Below are positions 8,496 to 17,786 of a DNA stretch of 64,000 bases, one piece after another; the first letter of the stretch is position 1; each line of letters starts with the position of its first letter. Source of the stretch: Longimicrobiales bacterium (GTDB taxonomy: Bacteria; Gemmatimonadota; Gemmatimonadetes; Longimicrobiales; Gaopeijiaceae). The translations under genes and the position numbers were made by a program. The stretch lies in contig CBDFMQ010000001.1 in the NCBI GenBank assembly GCA_965249725.1, positions 1-64,000 of the forward strand, in the 5' to 3' direction. Below the pieces are notes generated by a model. That model was not told where the DNA came from, did not search any database, and saw nothing but the letters and a program-made list of their open reading frames with translations.

Positions 8496-9863
8496 ATGCT
8501 CATCGACCGGATCACCAACGCACCCCACGTGCCGCGTGCACGCGCCTTCCTGGACGCGCGCGCCATGATCCGAAACCCCGTGCGCATCTTCGAGAGGTAT
8601 CGGCACCAGCTCGGGCCGACATTCACGCTGCATTTGGGTGGCGGCAAACCGGCCATCGTGTCCGCCGACCCCGACTTCGTGCAGCACGTTCTGCAGAAGA
8701 ACTGGGCCAACTATCACATGTCGGATATTCGGGTCCAGCGCATGGGCGAGTTCCAGGGCCGAGGTCTGATCAATAGTCACGGGGATGAGTGGCTTCGGAA
8801 GCGCCGGTTTCTAGGTCATGGCTTCCGTCCCGACCGGCTGGCTCAGCTTCTGCCTCTACAGCAGCGGCTGGTCGAGGACTCGCTGGCGAGGTTCGACCTC
8901 GACGCTGCGGATGGTCCTGTCGACATCACCAAACTGATGGAGGAGTTGACCTTCCGATTGGGTGCCAACGCGCTGTTTGGAAGTCGGATGACGGACTCTG
9001 AGATCGAACGGCTGTCACACACCATCAACACGATTCAGGAGTTCATACTTCGCCAAATCGTGCAGCCCTACAAGATTCCGTGGTTCCGGAGAAGCGGACA
9101 GTCGCGACGGTATCAGGAGTTGCGTATCGAGACCGAGCAGATCGCAAGGAACTACATCCAGACCCGACGGCAGGCCATGGATGGTGGGGACGGAGATTTG
9201 CTCGAGTTCATGCTCGTGACTCCATTTCCGGATTCCGAGGAGCCCCTGAGCGAAGAACAGGTCCTGATCGAGTCTCTGCAGCTCCTCATTGCGAGCAACG
9301 AGACCACCACGACGGCCCTTTCCTGGGCCTTTTATCTGCTCGGAAAGCACCCGCATTACCTCGCGCAGATGCGCGATGAGATCAACACCGTGATCGGGTC
9401 GGGACCCATCACATTCGAGGGGCTTCATGAGCTGCACCTGACACTCCGCGTGTTGGACGAATCGATGCGGCTCTATCCTTCGTTCTGGATGATCGACCGC
9501 ATGGCGGTCGGAGACGATGAGGTCGAAGGGATCCACATTCCGGCTGGGCTGACCGTACTGACCCACATCTACGGTATGCACCGAAACACGGACATATGGG
9601 AGGATCCGGAGGTCTTCGACCCGAGCCGTTTCGAGCCCGAGGCGAAGAACCACCGCAATCCCTTCGCTCACCTTCCCTTCGGGGGTGGGCCGAGGAAGTG
9701 TATCGGCTCGCACATGGCGCTCATGCAGATGCTCATGATCTTCACCGTTCTCCTACGCAGGTACGACCTTGAGCTGGCGAGCGTCGAGGCGGTCGACATT
9801 GACCCCATGATGATTCTCCATCCGTCGGGGGCGATCAATATGTGGGTGCGGCGGGTGGGGTAG
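8496..9863 (+). CDS. Cytochrome P450
   Basis: ESMR (ExxR), FDPSRF, FGGGPRKCIG heme motif. Confidence 0.95.
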   Translation: MLIDRITNAPHVPRARAFLDARAMIRNPVRIFERYRHQLGPTFTLHLGGGKPAIVSADPDFVQHVLQKNWANYHMSDIRVQRMGEFQGRGLINSHGDEWLRKRRFLGHGFRPDRLAQLLPLQQRLVEDSLARFDLDAADGPVDITKLMEELTFRLGANALFGSRMTDSEIERLSHTINTIQEFILRQIVQPYKIPWFRRSGQSRRYQELRIETEQIARNYIQTRRQAMDGGDGDLLEFMLVTPFPDSEEPLSEEQVLIESLQLLIASNETTTTALSWAFYLLGKHPHYLAQMRDEINTVIGSGPITFEGLHELHLTLRVLDESMRLYPSFWMIDRMAVGDDEVEGIHIPAGLTVLTHIYGMHRNTDIWEDPEVFDPSRFEPEAKNHRNPFAHLPFGGGPRKCIGSHMALMQMLMIFTVLLRRYDLELASVEAVDIDPMMILHPSGAINMWVRRVG

Positions 9864-10029
9864 GTGCGGGCGGCCTGTGCGGGCTTGCCAAGACACAAGT
9901 CCTACGGAGCTGGCCAGCCGGTCTGATGTGTCGACCTTTGGGACCCGTTCGCCGTCCCAACCGGACATGTTCCAGCCCACCCCCGATGCGTAGAATACGC
10001 TCTAGCATCCTCCGAACGTCCGGGAACCG

Positions 10030-10473
10030 ATGACCCACCAGCAATTCCTAGAACTGAAACTCCTGATTCAGGGGAACGCACACCTGATCCGAGAGAACGC
10101 GACGGGAATCCAAGAGAACGCGACGGGAATCCAAGAGAACGCGACGGGACTCCGAGAGAACGCGACGGGAATCCGAGAAAACGCGACGGGAATCCGAGAA
10201 AACGCGACGGGAATCCGAGAAAACGCGAAGGGAATCCGAGAAAACGCGACGGGGATCACGCGAAACTACGAGATGATCGGCCGGATCTACGAGGAGCACG
10301 GTGGTCGGTTGGACAGTCTCGATGGGCGTTTGACCCGGATCGAAGGGCGCATGATCCGCGTCGAGGTAGGCCAAGAGCAGCTGAGCCACGACCTGCGTGC
10401 CGTGGCCGAGGGCGTAACAGCGAACGGCGAGCGACTCGATCGCCTGGCGAGACGTTCGATCGATTCGAGGTGA
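10030..10473 (+). CDS. Coiled-coil heptad-repeat protein
   Basis: (I/L)(R/Q)ENA(T/K)G x8 followed by further heptads. Confidence 0.75.
   Translation: MTHQQFLELKLLIQGNAHLIRENATGIQENATGIQENATGLRENATGIRENATGIRENATGIRENAKGIRENATGITRNYEMIGRIYEEHGGRLDSLDGRLTRIEGRMIRVEVGQEQLSHDLRAVAEGVTANGERLDRLARRSIDSR
10087..10254 (+). repeat. Eight 21-bp tandem repeats (ATCCGAGARAACGCGACGGGA)
   Basis: Direct reading. Confidence 0.95.
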
Positions 10474-10486
10474 GCTTCGGTCGCCC

Positions 10487-11749
10487 CTACAGAGGTCGAG
10501 GCCGCTCGTCCACCACCTGTCCGGCGTGCTCTCCAACCCCCCCCAGGGCGACCACCTCGAGCTCTAGCCTAATCTTCACCGCCTCCTCGACCGAGCGCTT
10601 CAAGCCATCCGCGTCGAGTTCGGCACCCTCCTCGACGGCTACCCGCAGGGTCAGGAGATCCTGATGTCCCTCGTTGGCCACGGCTCCCTGCCACTTCACG
10701 ACCTCGGGATAGGCCCCCAGCGCTGAAGCGATCTGCCGAGGATGCACGAACATTCCCTTCACCTTCACGCCCTCACCGACCCGTCCCAGAAAGCCACGCA
10801 GCCGCGCGCTCGTCCGTCCACACGGGCACGCTCCCTCGACGAACGCCGACAGATCGCCAGTGCCAAACCGCACGAGCGGGTACGTCTCGTTCGGGCTGGT
10901 GACCACTACCTCGCCGGTCTCACCGGCCGGCCACGGCGTCCCGGTCGCCGGGTCGGTCACCTCGATCACCACGCCCGGCGCCACGTGCCAGCCGGTCCGC
11001 TCGGAACACTCGAACCCGAGCGTGCCCGCGTCGGCCGTGCCGTACGACTCATAGGCGTCCACACCGTACTGGTCGCGGACCGCCTCGCGAACTGCGGGGA
11101 AGAACGGCCCGCCTGTGACGAGCGCTCGCTCGAGTCCCATCGGCTGGTCCATCTCGGCGGCCTTCTCCAGGAGCACGAGCAGGAACTGCGGCGTGCCCAC
11201 GTACCCGGTCGCTCCTGTCGGCCGAGCCAGCTCGACCTGTGCGGCCGAGTTACCCACCCCACCGGGGATGACGACACAACCCACCTCGCGGAGCCCTGCG
11301 TCGAGCATGAGGCCTCCGGGAGTCAGGTGGTAAGAGAACGTATTGAGCACGACCTGCCCGGCGGTGAATCCGGCTGCCCGCAGTGCTGGAGCGACCCGCC
11401 AGAAGTCCGCACCAGCGCCCTGCGGATCCAGGATCGGCCCCGGAGAGGTGAAGATGCGCATCAGGTCGTCGACGGGGACCGCGAGCATGCCTCCGAAGGG
11501 GGGGGACGCGGCCTGTAGGTCCGGGAGATCGTCTTTGGAGAGCACCGGTACCGACGCCAGGTCGGACAAGCCTCGGACGTCGGTGGCTTCCACGCCCGCC
11601 CTCGTCAAGCGCCCGGCGACCTCGGCTGACCTCTCGGAGGCATACATCACGGCCCGTCTCACCAGTTCGTCTTGGTAAGCCTGCCAATTTGGCAGGACAT
11701 CGGGCTCCGTCGTGCCGGAGAGCAGCCCGTCACTCACGTAAGCCTCCAA
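10487..11749 (-). CDS. Phenylacetate-CoA ligase family protein
   Basis: IFTSPGPILDP, YGTADAG, RFGTGDLS, KVKGMFVHP. Confidence 0.85.
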   Translation of the reverse strand: MEAYVSDGLLSGTTEPDVLPNWQAYQDELVRRAVMYASERSAEVAGRLTRAGVEATDVRGLSDLASVPVLSKDDLPDLQAASPPFGGMLAVPVDDLMRIFTSPGPILDPQGAGADFWRVAPALRAAGFTAGQVVLNTFSYHLTPGGLMLDAGLREVGCVVIPGGVGNSAAQVELARPTGATGYVGTPQFLLVLLEKAAEMDQPMGLERALVTGGPFFPAVREAVRDQYGVDAYESYGTADAGTLGFECSERTGWHVAPGVVIEVTDPATGTPWPAGETGEVVVTSPNETYPLVRFGTGDLSAFVEGACPCGRTSARLRGFLGRVGEGVKVKGMFVHPRQIASALGAYPEVVKWQGAVANEGHQDLLTLRVAVEEGAELDADGLKRSVEEAVKIRLELEVVALGGVGEHAGQVVDERPRPL

Positions 11750-11783
11750 CGGGCGCAGGTCGGCCCCAGCGGTAGAAGCTCCC

Positions 11784-12578
11784 TCACGACAACCACCGCT
11801 TCCTCCGCCGGTAGTGCTTCACATCCCGGTAGGAGCGCCGCTGATCGACCTCGGTCAGCCCCAGGTAGAACTCCCTGATGTCAGCGTTCTCCTTCAGGCT
11901 GTCGGCCGTGCCTTCGAGCACCACGCGCCCGCCCTCCATCACGTATCCGAAGTCCGCGATGGAAAGGGCGATCCGGGCGTTCTGCTCTACCACCAGGATG
12001 GTCGTCCCCTCCTCGCGATTGATCCGTTCGAGCGTCTCGAAGATCGTTCGGACCAGCAGCGGTGCCAGGCCCAGCGAGGGTTCGTCCAGCAGCATGAGCT
12101 GGGGTCTTGCCATGAGGGCCCGGCCCACGGCGAGCATCTGCTGTTCCCCACCCGACAAGTACCCCGCGTGCTGTTTGGACCGCTCGCCCAGGCGTGGGAA
12201 GTACTCGAAGACCCGATCGAGATCCGGACGCACCGCACCTCGGTCCTTTCGGGTGTAGGCCCCGGCAAGGAGGTTCTCCTCCACGCTCAGGTGTTCGAAG
12301 ACCCGCCTGCCCTCCATGACCTGGAAGATGCCGCCGCGCACGATCTCCGAGGCGCCCAGCCCGTGGATCGCGCGACCCCTGAACTCGATGGTCCCGTCCG
12401 ACACCCGTCCGTCGTCGGGCTCCAGCAGTCCGGAGATGGCCTTCAGTGTGGTGGTCTTACCCGCCCCGTTGGGTCCTAGAAGGGTGGTGATCGAGCCTTC
12501 GGCGACCGACAGCGACAGTCCCTTGAGGACCAGGATCACCTCGTCGTAGCGCACCTCGACGTTGTTCAGGTCCAGCAT
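11784..12578 (-). CDS. ABC transporter ATPase, LivF-like
   Basis: GPNGAGKTT, LSGGEQQMLA, LLDEPSLGLAP. Confidence 0.95.
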   Translation of the reverse strand: MLDLNNVEVRYDEVILVLKGLSLSVAEGSITTLLGPNGAGKTTTLKAISGLLEPDDGRVSDGTIEFRGRAIHGLGASEIVRGGIFQVMEGRRVFEHLSVEENLLAGAYTRKDRGAVRPDLDRVFEYFPRLGERSKQHAGYLSGGEQQMLAVGRALMARPQLMLLDEPSLGLAPLLVRTIFETLERINREEGTTILVVEQNARIALSIADFGYVMEGGRVVLEGTADSLKENADIREFYLGLTEVDQRRSYRDVKHYRRRKRWLS

Positions 12579-12630
12579 GACTCGGCGTCGATCAGGTCCG
12601 ACATGACTTCGCGTCGATCAGGTCCGACAT
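12553..12630 (-). repeat. 26-bp unit tandem x3 whose last copy is the LivF start
   Basis: ATGTCGGACCTGATCGACGCGAAGTC / ATGTCGGACCTGATCGACGCCGAGTC / ATGCTGGACCTGAACAACGTCGAGGT. Confidence 0.85.
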
Positions 12631-12659
12631 GGCACCGCGGTCCTCAGGCCCGGCATCGC

Positions 12660-13850
12660 TCAGCCTCCGCTGCCCGCGGCCGGGCGGCGGAAGTAGGTGA
12701 TGGGACTCCAGACGCCGCGCTCCACCCTGAACAGACGCACCCCCTTCGCTCCGCGGTGATCCTCCGGCGTGAACGTGATGGGCACCGTGACCCCACCCAT
12801 GTCCATCTCGGACAGCCCCTCGAGGGCGGACTTGATGTTCGCCCCCGTGACCTCCTGGCCGGCTTCGATCACCCATCCGATGCCTTCCGCCATCACGGCC
12901 ATCGTCCACCACCCCTGGGTGAGTGCGTTGCTCTTCTCCTCGACGACCTCACCCTTCTCCTCGAGGAACGCCTGGATGTCATGCGTGCCCGCCAGGTCGC
13001 TAACCACGGGCGCGAACGGCATAGATCCGATCACCCCCTCGGACTCTTCCGGCGCAAGGTCGATCAGCAGGCGGTTCGCGCACCAGTTGAGGCACAAGAA
13101 CCTGACATCCATCCCGAGACTGCGGGCGTTACGAACGGCCAAGGCCGCCGGTCCCGACGTGTTTTGGAAGACCACGTACTGCGCGCCGGCCTGGCGGATC
13201 TGTGTCAGCTCGCCCGTGAAGTCGGTGGCCCCGCGGGGCATCTCGTAGGCCTCCGCGTCTATACCGATGCGTTCGGCGTAGGCCTCCCCGCCTTGTTGCC
13301 AGGGTGACAGCCCGAACGGGCTGGCGTTGTGCATCAGAGCGACGGTGGGGCGACCGGTCTCGCCCCGTGCCTCGTAGTCCTCCTTGATCCAATCCATCAC
13401 GATGAAGAACTGGTCGCTGTAGCTGGTGGCCACCAGGAAGTTGTAGGGAGCCTCCGCCGGATCGCCCAACCGGTGGGAGAGGGACGCCGACGTAAACGGG
13501 AGTTCGTCCTCGACGATGCGCCTCTGCAGAGCCTCGGTATCGCCGGTGCCCCATCCCATGAACGCGACGACGCCCTCCTGCACGAACTGGCTGTAAAGCT
13601 GTTCCGCTCGACTCACGTCGTAGCCGTAGTCCTGGTAGATCAGTTCGATGGGACGACCCGCGATGCCACCTCTCGAGTTGAGCCACTCGACGTACGCCTG
13701 GATCCCCTCGGCGTAGTCCGTGCCCACATCCGCCGTGGGCCCACTCAGGTCGAAGATGGCGCCGATCTTGATCGCGTTGGGGTCGCCCGAGTCTCCCGCA
13801 CAGCCAAGGACCATCGGAATCAGAATCAGGCTGATCGCGAGTCTCCTCAT
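12660..13850 (-). CDS. ABC substrate-binding lipoprotein (LivJ/K-type fold)
   Basis: Lipobox VLGC; IKIGAIFDLSGPTA; NSRGGIAGRPIEL. Confidence 0.9.
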   Translation of the reverse strand: MRRLAISLILIPMVLGCAGDSGDPNAIKIGAIFDLSGPTADVGTDYAEGIQAYVEWLNSRGGIAGRPIELIYQDYGYDVSRAEQLYSQFVQEGVVAFMGWGTGDTEALQRRIVEDELPFTSASLSHRLGDPAEAPYNFLVATSYSDQFFIVMDWIKEDYEARGETGRPTVALMHNASPFGLSPWQQGGEAYAERIGIDAEAYEMPRGATDFTGELTQIRQAGAQYVVFQNTSGPAALAVRNARSLGMDVRFLCLNWCANRLLIDLAPEESEGVIGSMPFAPVVSDLAGTHDIQAFLEEKGEVVEEKSNALTQGWWTMAVMAEGIGWVIEAGQEVTGANIKSALEGLSEMDMGGVTVPITFTPEDHRGAKGVRLFRVERGVWSPITYFRRPAAGSGG

Positions 13851-13930
13851 CGATGGCTCCTCCTCCTACGCATTTCGTTCAGTCTGCTCTCTCGTGCACC
13901 TGGCGGGACCACTCGGATATCGCGCCACAC

Positions 13931-14980
13931 TCAGGATCGATACGCGAAGGGCCACACGTGGAAGTAATCCTTCACGTTTCGCCACAATTTCGCGAGTCCC
14001 TCGGGCTCGAAGACGACGAACAGGATGATAACCGCCCCGAACGCGGCCTGCTGAACGTGGGGGAGTACCCCGGCAATGGCGGGCGCGGAGTCCTGCAACG
14101 CGCGCCCCACGGTGCCGATGCCCGCCGGCAGAAGGGTGATGAGCACGGCACCGAAGAACGAACCCGAGATGCTACCCAGACCACCGACGATGATCATCGC
14201 CAGATAGACGATGCTGGTCTCGAGCGTGAACCGCTCCCAGGTGACGATGGTGCGGTAGTACGCGATGAGCGCCCCCGACATCCCCACGAAGAACGACGAA
14301 GTGGCGAAGGCGAGCAGCTTGTACTGGAAGACGTTCACCCCCATCGCGCTCGCCGCGATGTCTTGATCGCGGATCGCGACGAAGGCACGGCCGACTCGTG
14401 AGCGGAACAGGTTGGCGGCGAAGAGCGCGGTGATCGCTGCCATGGCCACACCCAGCCAGTAGAACCTGAAGTCCGTGTTGAGCCGTAGCCCCATCAGCAT
14501 CGGCGACGGCAGCACCAGCGCCTCAGTACCGCCGGTCAGCGCGTCGGAGTGGGTCACCACCCACTCCACGATCTCCTGTGCGGCCAGGGTGGCCACCGCC
14601 AGGTAGAGTCCCTTGAGGCGCAACGAAGGCAGGCCGAAGAAGACCCCCACCGCCGCCGTGAGCAGAGACGCTAGCACCATGCTGACGCCCCACGGCAGGC
14701 CCAGCCGGAGGGTCATGAGGCCCGCGCCGTACGCCCCGATCGCCATGAATGCACCCTGGCCGAGCGAGATCTGTCCGGTGTATCCGACCAGGATGTTCAG
14801 GCCGATAGCCCCGACCGTCGCGATGGCGATCTGGTTCGCCAACGTGAGTCCGTACGGCGACGCAACGAACGGAAAGACGAGCACGGCCACGGCGAAGAGC
14901 CACAGGCGCAGGCGCTCTGCGGGTTTCCGCCGAAGCCCCATGTCGGCCCGATAGTCGGTGAAGAAGACGCCGCATTCCAT
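13931..14980 (-). CDS. ABC permease, LivM-like
   Basis: GLNILVGYTGQISLGQGAF, LRLKGLYLA; start at 14980 overlaps the upstream stop. Confidence 0.92.
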   Translation of the reverse strand: MECGVFFTDYRADMGLRRKPAERLRLWLFAVAVLVFPFVASPYGLTLANQIAIATVGAIGLNILVGYTGQISLGQGAFMAIGAYGAGLMTLRLGLPWGVSMVLASLLTAAVGVFFGLPSLRLKGLYLAVATLAAQEIVEWVVTHSDALTGGTEALVLPSPMLMGLRLNTDFRFYWLGVAMAAITALFAANLFRSRVGRAFVAIRDQDIAASAMGVNVFQYKLLAFATSSFFVGMSGALIAYYRTIVTWERFTLETSIVYLAMIIVGGLGSISGSFFGAVLITLLPAGIGTVGRALQDSAPAIAGVLPHVQQAAFGAVIILFVVFEPEGLAKLWRNVKDYFHVWPFAYRS

Positions 14981-15852
14981 CAGACGCGCTCGATGATGGG
15001 TCGGCCGAACAGGCCGTAGGGACGAATCATCAGCACGACGATGAGCATGATGAACGGCACGATGAGGTTGAGTCCGTGCCCCACGTATCCTCCGGTGTAG
15101 GCCTCCAGCAGGCCGATGACCGCGCCGGCGACTACCGCACCGGCGATCGAGTCGAGACCGCCCAGGATCACCACCGGGAAGACCCGCAGGCCCACGGCGC
15201 TGATGTTCTGGCTCACGCCCACGATGTTGCCGAGCATGATTCCACCAAGCGCCGCCGACACACATGCGAGCGCCCAGGCGACGCCGATCACCCTCTTGAT
15301 GCTGATCCCCATGCTGAGGGCGGCCTGCTGGTCATCGGCGATGGCCCGCATGGCAATGCCATCCCGCGTATACCGAAAGAAGAGACCGAGCAGGATCAGC
15401 ACCACTGACGCGGTCGGAATCACGACGAGCCGGTCCATGCCGAGCACTGCCGAACCGATCGTGACCTCACCCCTCGGAAGGAAGGACGGGAACGTCCGGG
15501 GCCGAGCGCCCCAGATGGCGTTCACCACCGCCCGGAGCACGCTGGACAGACCGATCGTCACCATGATCATGGAGATGACCGGCTCTCCGATCAGAGGCCG
15601 CAGCGCGATGCGCTCGATGAGCAGGCCCAACCCGACGGCCAGCACCAACGTGAGGGCGACCCCGGCGGTCCAGGGGAGCCCGACCTGGGCGATCGTCGCA
15701 AACGAGAGGTAGGCGCCGAACAGGAGCAGTTCGCCCTGCGCGAAGTTGATGACGTCGCTCGCCTTGTAGATCACCACAAAGCCGACCGCTGCCAGCGCGT
15801 AGACCATGCCGTTCGAGAGCCCGGAAACGGTGAGCTGGAGAAAGACGTCCAC
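14980..15852 (-). CDS. ABC permease, LivH-like
   Basis: YALAAVGFVVIY...INFAQGE, RPYGLFG. Confidence 0.92.
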   Translation of the reverse strand: MDVFLQLTVSGLSNGMVYALAAVGFVVIYKASDVINFAQGELLLFGAYLSFATIAQVGLPWTAGVALTLVLAVGLGLLIERIALRPLIGEPVISMIMVTIGLSSVLRAVVNAIWGARPRTFPSFLPRGEVTIGSAVLGMDRLVVIPTASVVLILLGLFFRYTRDGIAMRAIADDQQAALSMGISIKRVIGVAWALACVSAALGGIMLGNIVGVSQNISAVGLRVFPVVILGGLDSIAGAVVAGAVIGLLEAYTGGYVGHGLNLIVPFIMLIVVLMIRPYGLFGRPIIERV

Positions 15853-15854
15853 GG

Positions 15855-17786
15855 CTAGGGCGCCTCCGCCCCGAGCGTCTCGATCCGCAGCTCATGCCGC
15901 ATGGTGGCCGTCCGCCCGTCTTGGTATGCGATCTCGGTCTCCACGGCCACCCGATCTCCGTCCCCATAGAGCGCGTCGACCAGCTCCACATAGCGCTCGG
16001 AGATGAACCGACGACGGACTTTGCGCGTGCGGGTCAGCTCGGCGTCGTCGGCATCGAGCGGTTTGTGCAGTAGCAGGAAGCGTCTGATGCGCGCGGCCTC
16101 GGGTAGGGTGGCGTTCACCTCGGCCGCCTGAGCGGTCACCAGGGCGTAGGTCTCAGGCTTCTGGGCCAGGTCCGTGAACGTGGTATAGCCGAGTTGATGG
16201 CGCTCGGCCCACTTGCCCGCGTTCTCATAGTCGATGGCCACCAGCGCGGTCACGAAGGGCCAGTCTCCGCCGAAGACAACGGCCTCGCGCACATAAGGGC
16301 TGAACTTCAGCTGGTTCTCGATGAACTGGGGGCTGAAGGAAGTCCCGTCGGCCAGCAGCATGACGTCCTTGGCCCGGTCGATGACCACCAGGTGCCCATG
16401 ATCGTCCATGTATCCCGCGTCACCCGATCGCAGCCACCCGTCGTCCAACGCCTCCGCAGTGGCCTCCTCGTCTCCGTGATAGCCCATGAACACCGCCGGG
16501 CTGCGGGTGAGGATCTCCCCGTCTTCAGCGATCCTCACCTCCGTGTCCGGGAGCGGCGTGCCAACGGTCTGGAAGCGGATGTCGCCATCGCGATGGACCA
16601 CGCTGAGGCCGCTCACCTCCGTCTGGCCGTAGAGCTGCTTCAGGTTGACTCCCATCGCGTGGAAGAACCGGAAGACGTCGGGGCCCAGGGCTGCACCCCC
16701 GGTGTAGGCGCGCCTTACGTGGCGTAGGCCCAACTGATCCTTGAGCGGAAGCAGCGTGACTGCCGACGCCAGGCGGTGCCGCCAGACCAACCCCGCCTCA
16801 GGCTCACGGTCCTCGAAGCGCGCGTCCGCCATGTCCTTCCCCACGGCCATCGCCCAATCGAACACCCGGCGCTTCAGTGGTGTGGAGTCCTCCATCTTCA
16901 CCTGCACCTCGGACACCATGCTCTCCCAGATTCGCGGAGGCGACACAATCGCCTGGGGCCCGATCTCTCGGAGGTCCCGCCGTACGGTCCCCGAATCTTC
17001 GGGAAAGTCGATCGTGAATCCGACGGCTAGCGACCACGACAGCGTCACCATCTGCTCGCCGATCCAAGCAAGCGGCAGAAAAGACACCACGTCGTCCTCG
17101 GGGATCATCGGATCGACCTGCTGCAACTGCTCCGCCATGCTGATGAGGTTCCGGTGGCTGAGCATGGCGAGCTTGGGCTTGCTGGTGGTGCCCGAGGTGG
17201 CGCATAGGAGCGCGACACCATCCGGATCCAGAGCCTCGAGCGTGGCGTCGAAGAGCCCCGGCTGCTCTTGATGCAACACGTCCCCGAGCTCCTCGACGAT
17301 CGGGAAGAACATCAGGTTGCCGGGCTCGTAGGCTCCCAATCCCTTGGCGTCGTGGTAGATGACGCACTCGAGGCCAGGGAGCTCACCCTGCACGTCGAGC
17401 ACCTTGTCCACCTGCTCCTGATCTTCAGCCACCACGACGCGGGCCCCGGAGGCATCAAGGACGTACTCGAGCTCGTCGAGCACGGAGTCCTGGTAGATCC
17501 CGACAGGGACCGCTCCGAGCGCCTGGGCGGCCAGCTCGGCGACTACCCATTCGGGTCGGTTGTCGCCGATGATCGCGACGGTGTCCCCGGGGACCACTCC
17601 CAAAGACTGTAGGCCCAACGAGAACCGTCGCACCCGGTCCAGGTATCCGGCCCAGGTGATCTCCTGCCAAATGCCGAACTCCTTTTCGCGCAGTGCGACG
17701 GCATCGGGGGTCAGGCGCGCTCGGTCAACGAGCAGTCCCGGCATGGTCGCGGCCAGGGCCGAGGCCCCCGATGCGCGGTCGTTCAT
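15855..17786 (-). CDS. Long-chain fatty acid-CoA ligase (AMP-binding)
   Basis: TSGTTSKPK, YGQTE, WLRSGDAG, IDRAKD. Confidence 0.9.
   Translation of the reverse strand: MNDRASGASALAATMPGLLVDRARLTPDAVALREKEFGIWQEITWAGYLDRVRRFSLGLQSLGVVPGDTVAIIGDNRPEWVVAELAAQALGAVPVGIYQDSVLDELEYVLDASGARVVVAEDQEQVDKVLDVQGELPGLECVIYHDAKGLGAYEPGNLMFFPIVEELGDVLHQEQPGLFDATLEALDPDGVALLCATSGTTSKPKLAMLSHRNLISMAEQLQQVDPMIPEDDVVSFLPLAWIGEQMVTLSWSLAVGFTIDFPEDSGTVRRDLREIGPQAIVSPPRIWESMVSEVQVKMEDSTPLKRRVFDWAMAVGKDMADARFEDREPEAGLVWRHRLASAVTLLPLKDQLGLRHVRRAYTGGAALGPDVFRFFHAMGVNLKQLYGQTEVSGLSVVHRDGDIRFQTVGTPLPDTEVRIAEDGEILTRSPAVFMGYHGDEEATAEALDDGWLRSGDAGYMDDHGHLVVIDRAKDVMLLADGTSFSPQFIENQLKFSPYVREAVVFGGDWPFVTALVAIDYENAGKWAERHQLGYTTFTDLAQKPETYALVTAQAAEVNATLPEAARIRRFLLLHKPLDADDAELTRTRKVRRRFISERYVELVDALYGDGDRVAVETEIAYQDGRTATMRHELRIETLGAEAP

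Noticed and set aside
10087..10254. Possible CRISPR array (also considered for 3404-3476 and 57029-57361)
   Set aside because: Units are contiguous, in-frame coding repeats with no unique spacers, and no cas genes are present
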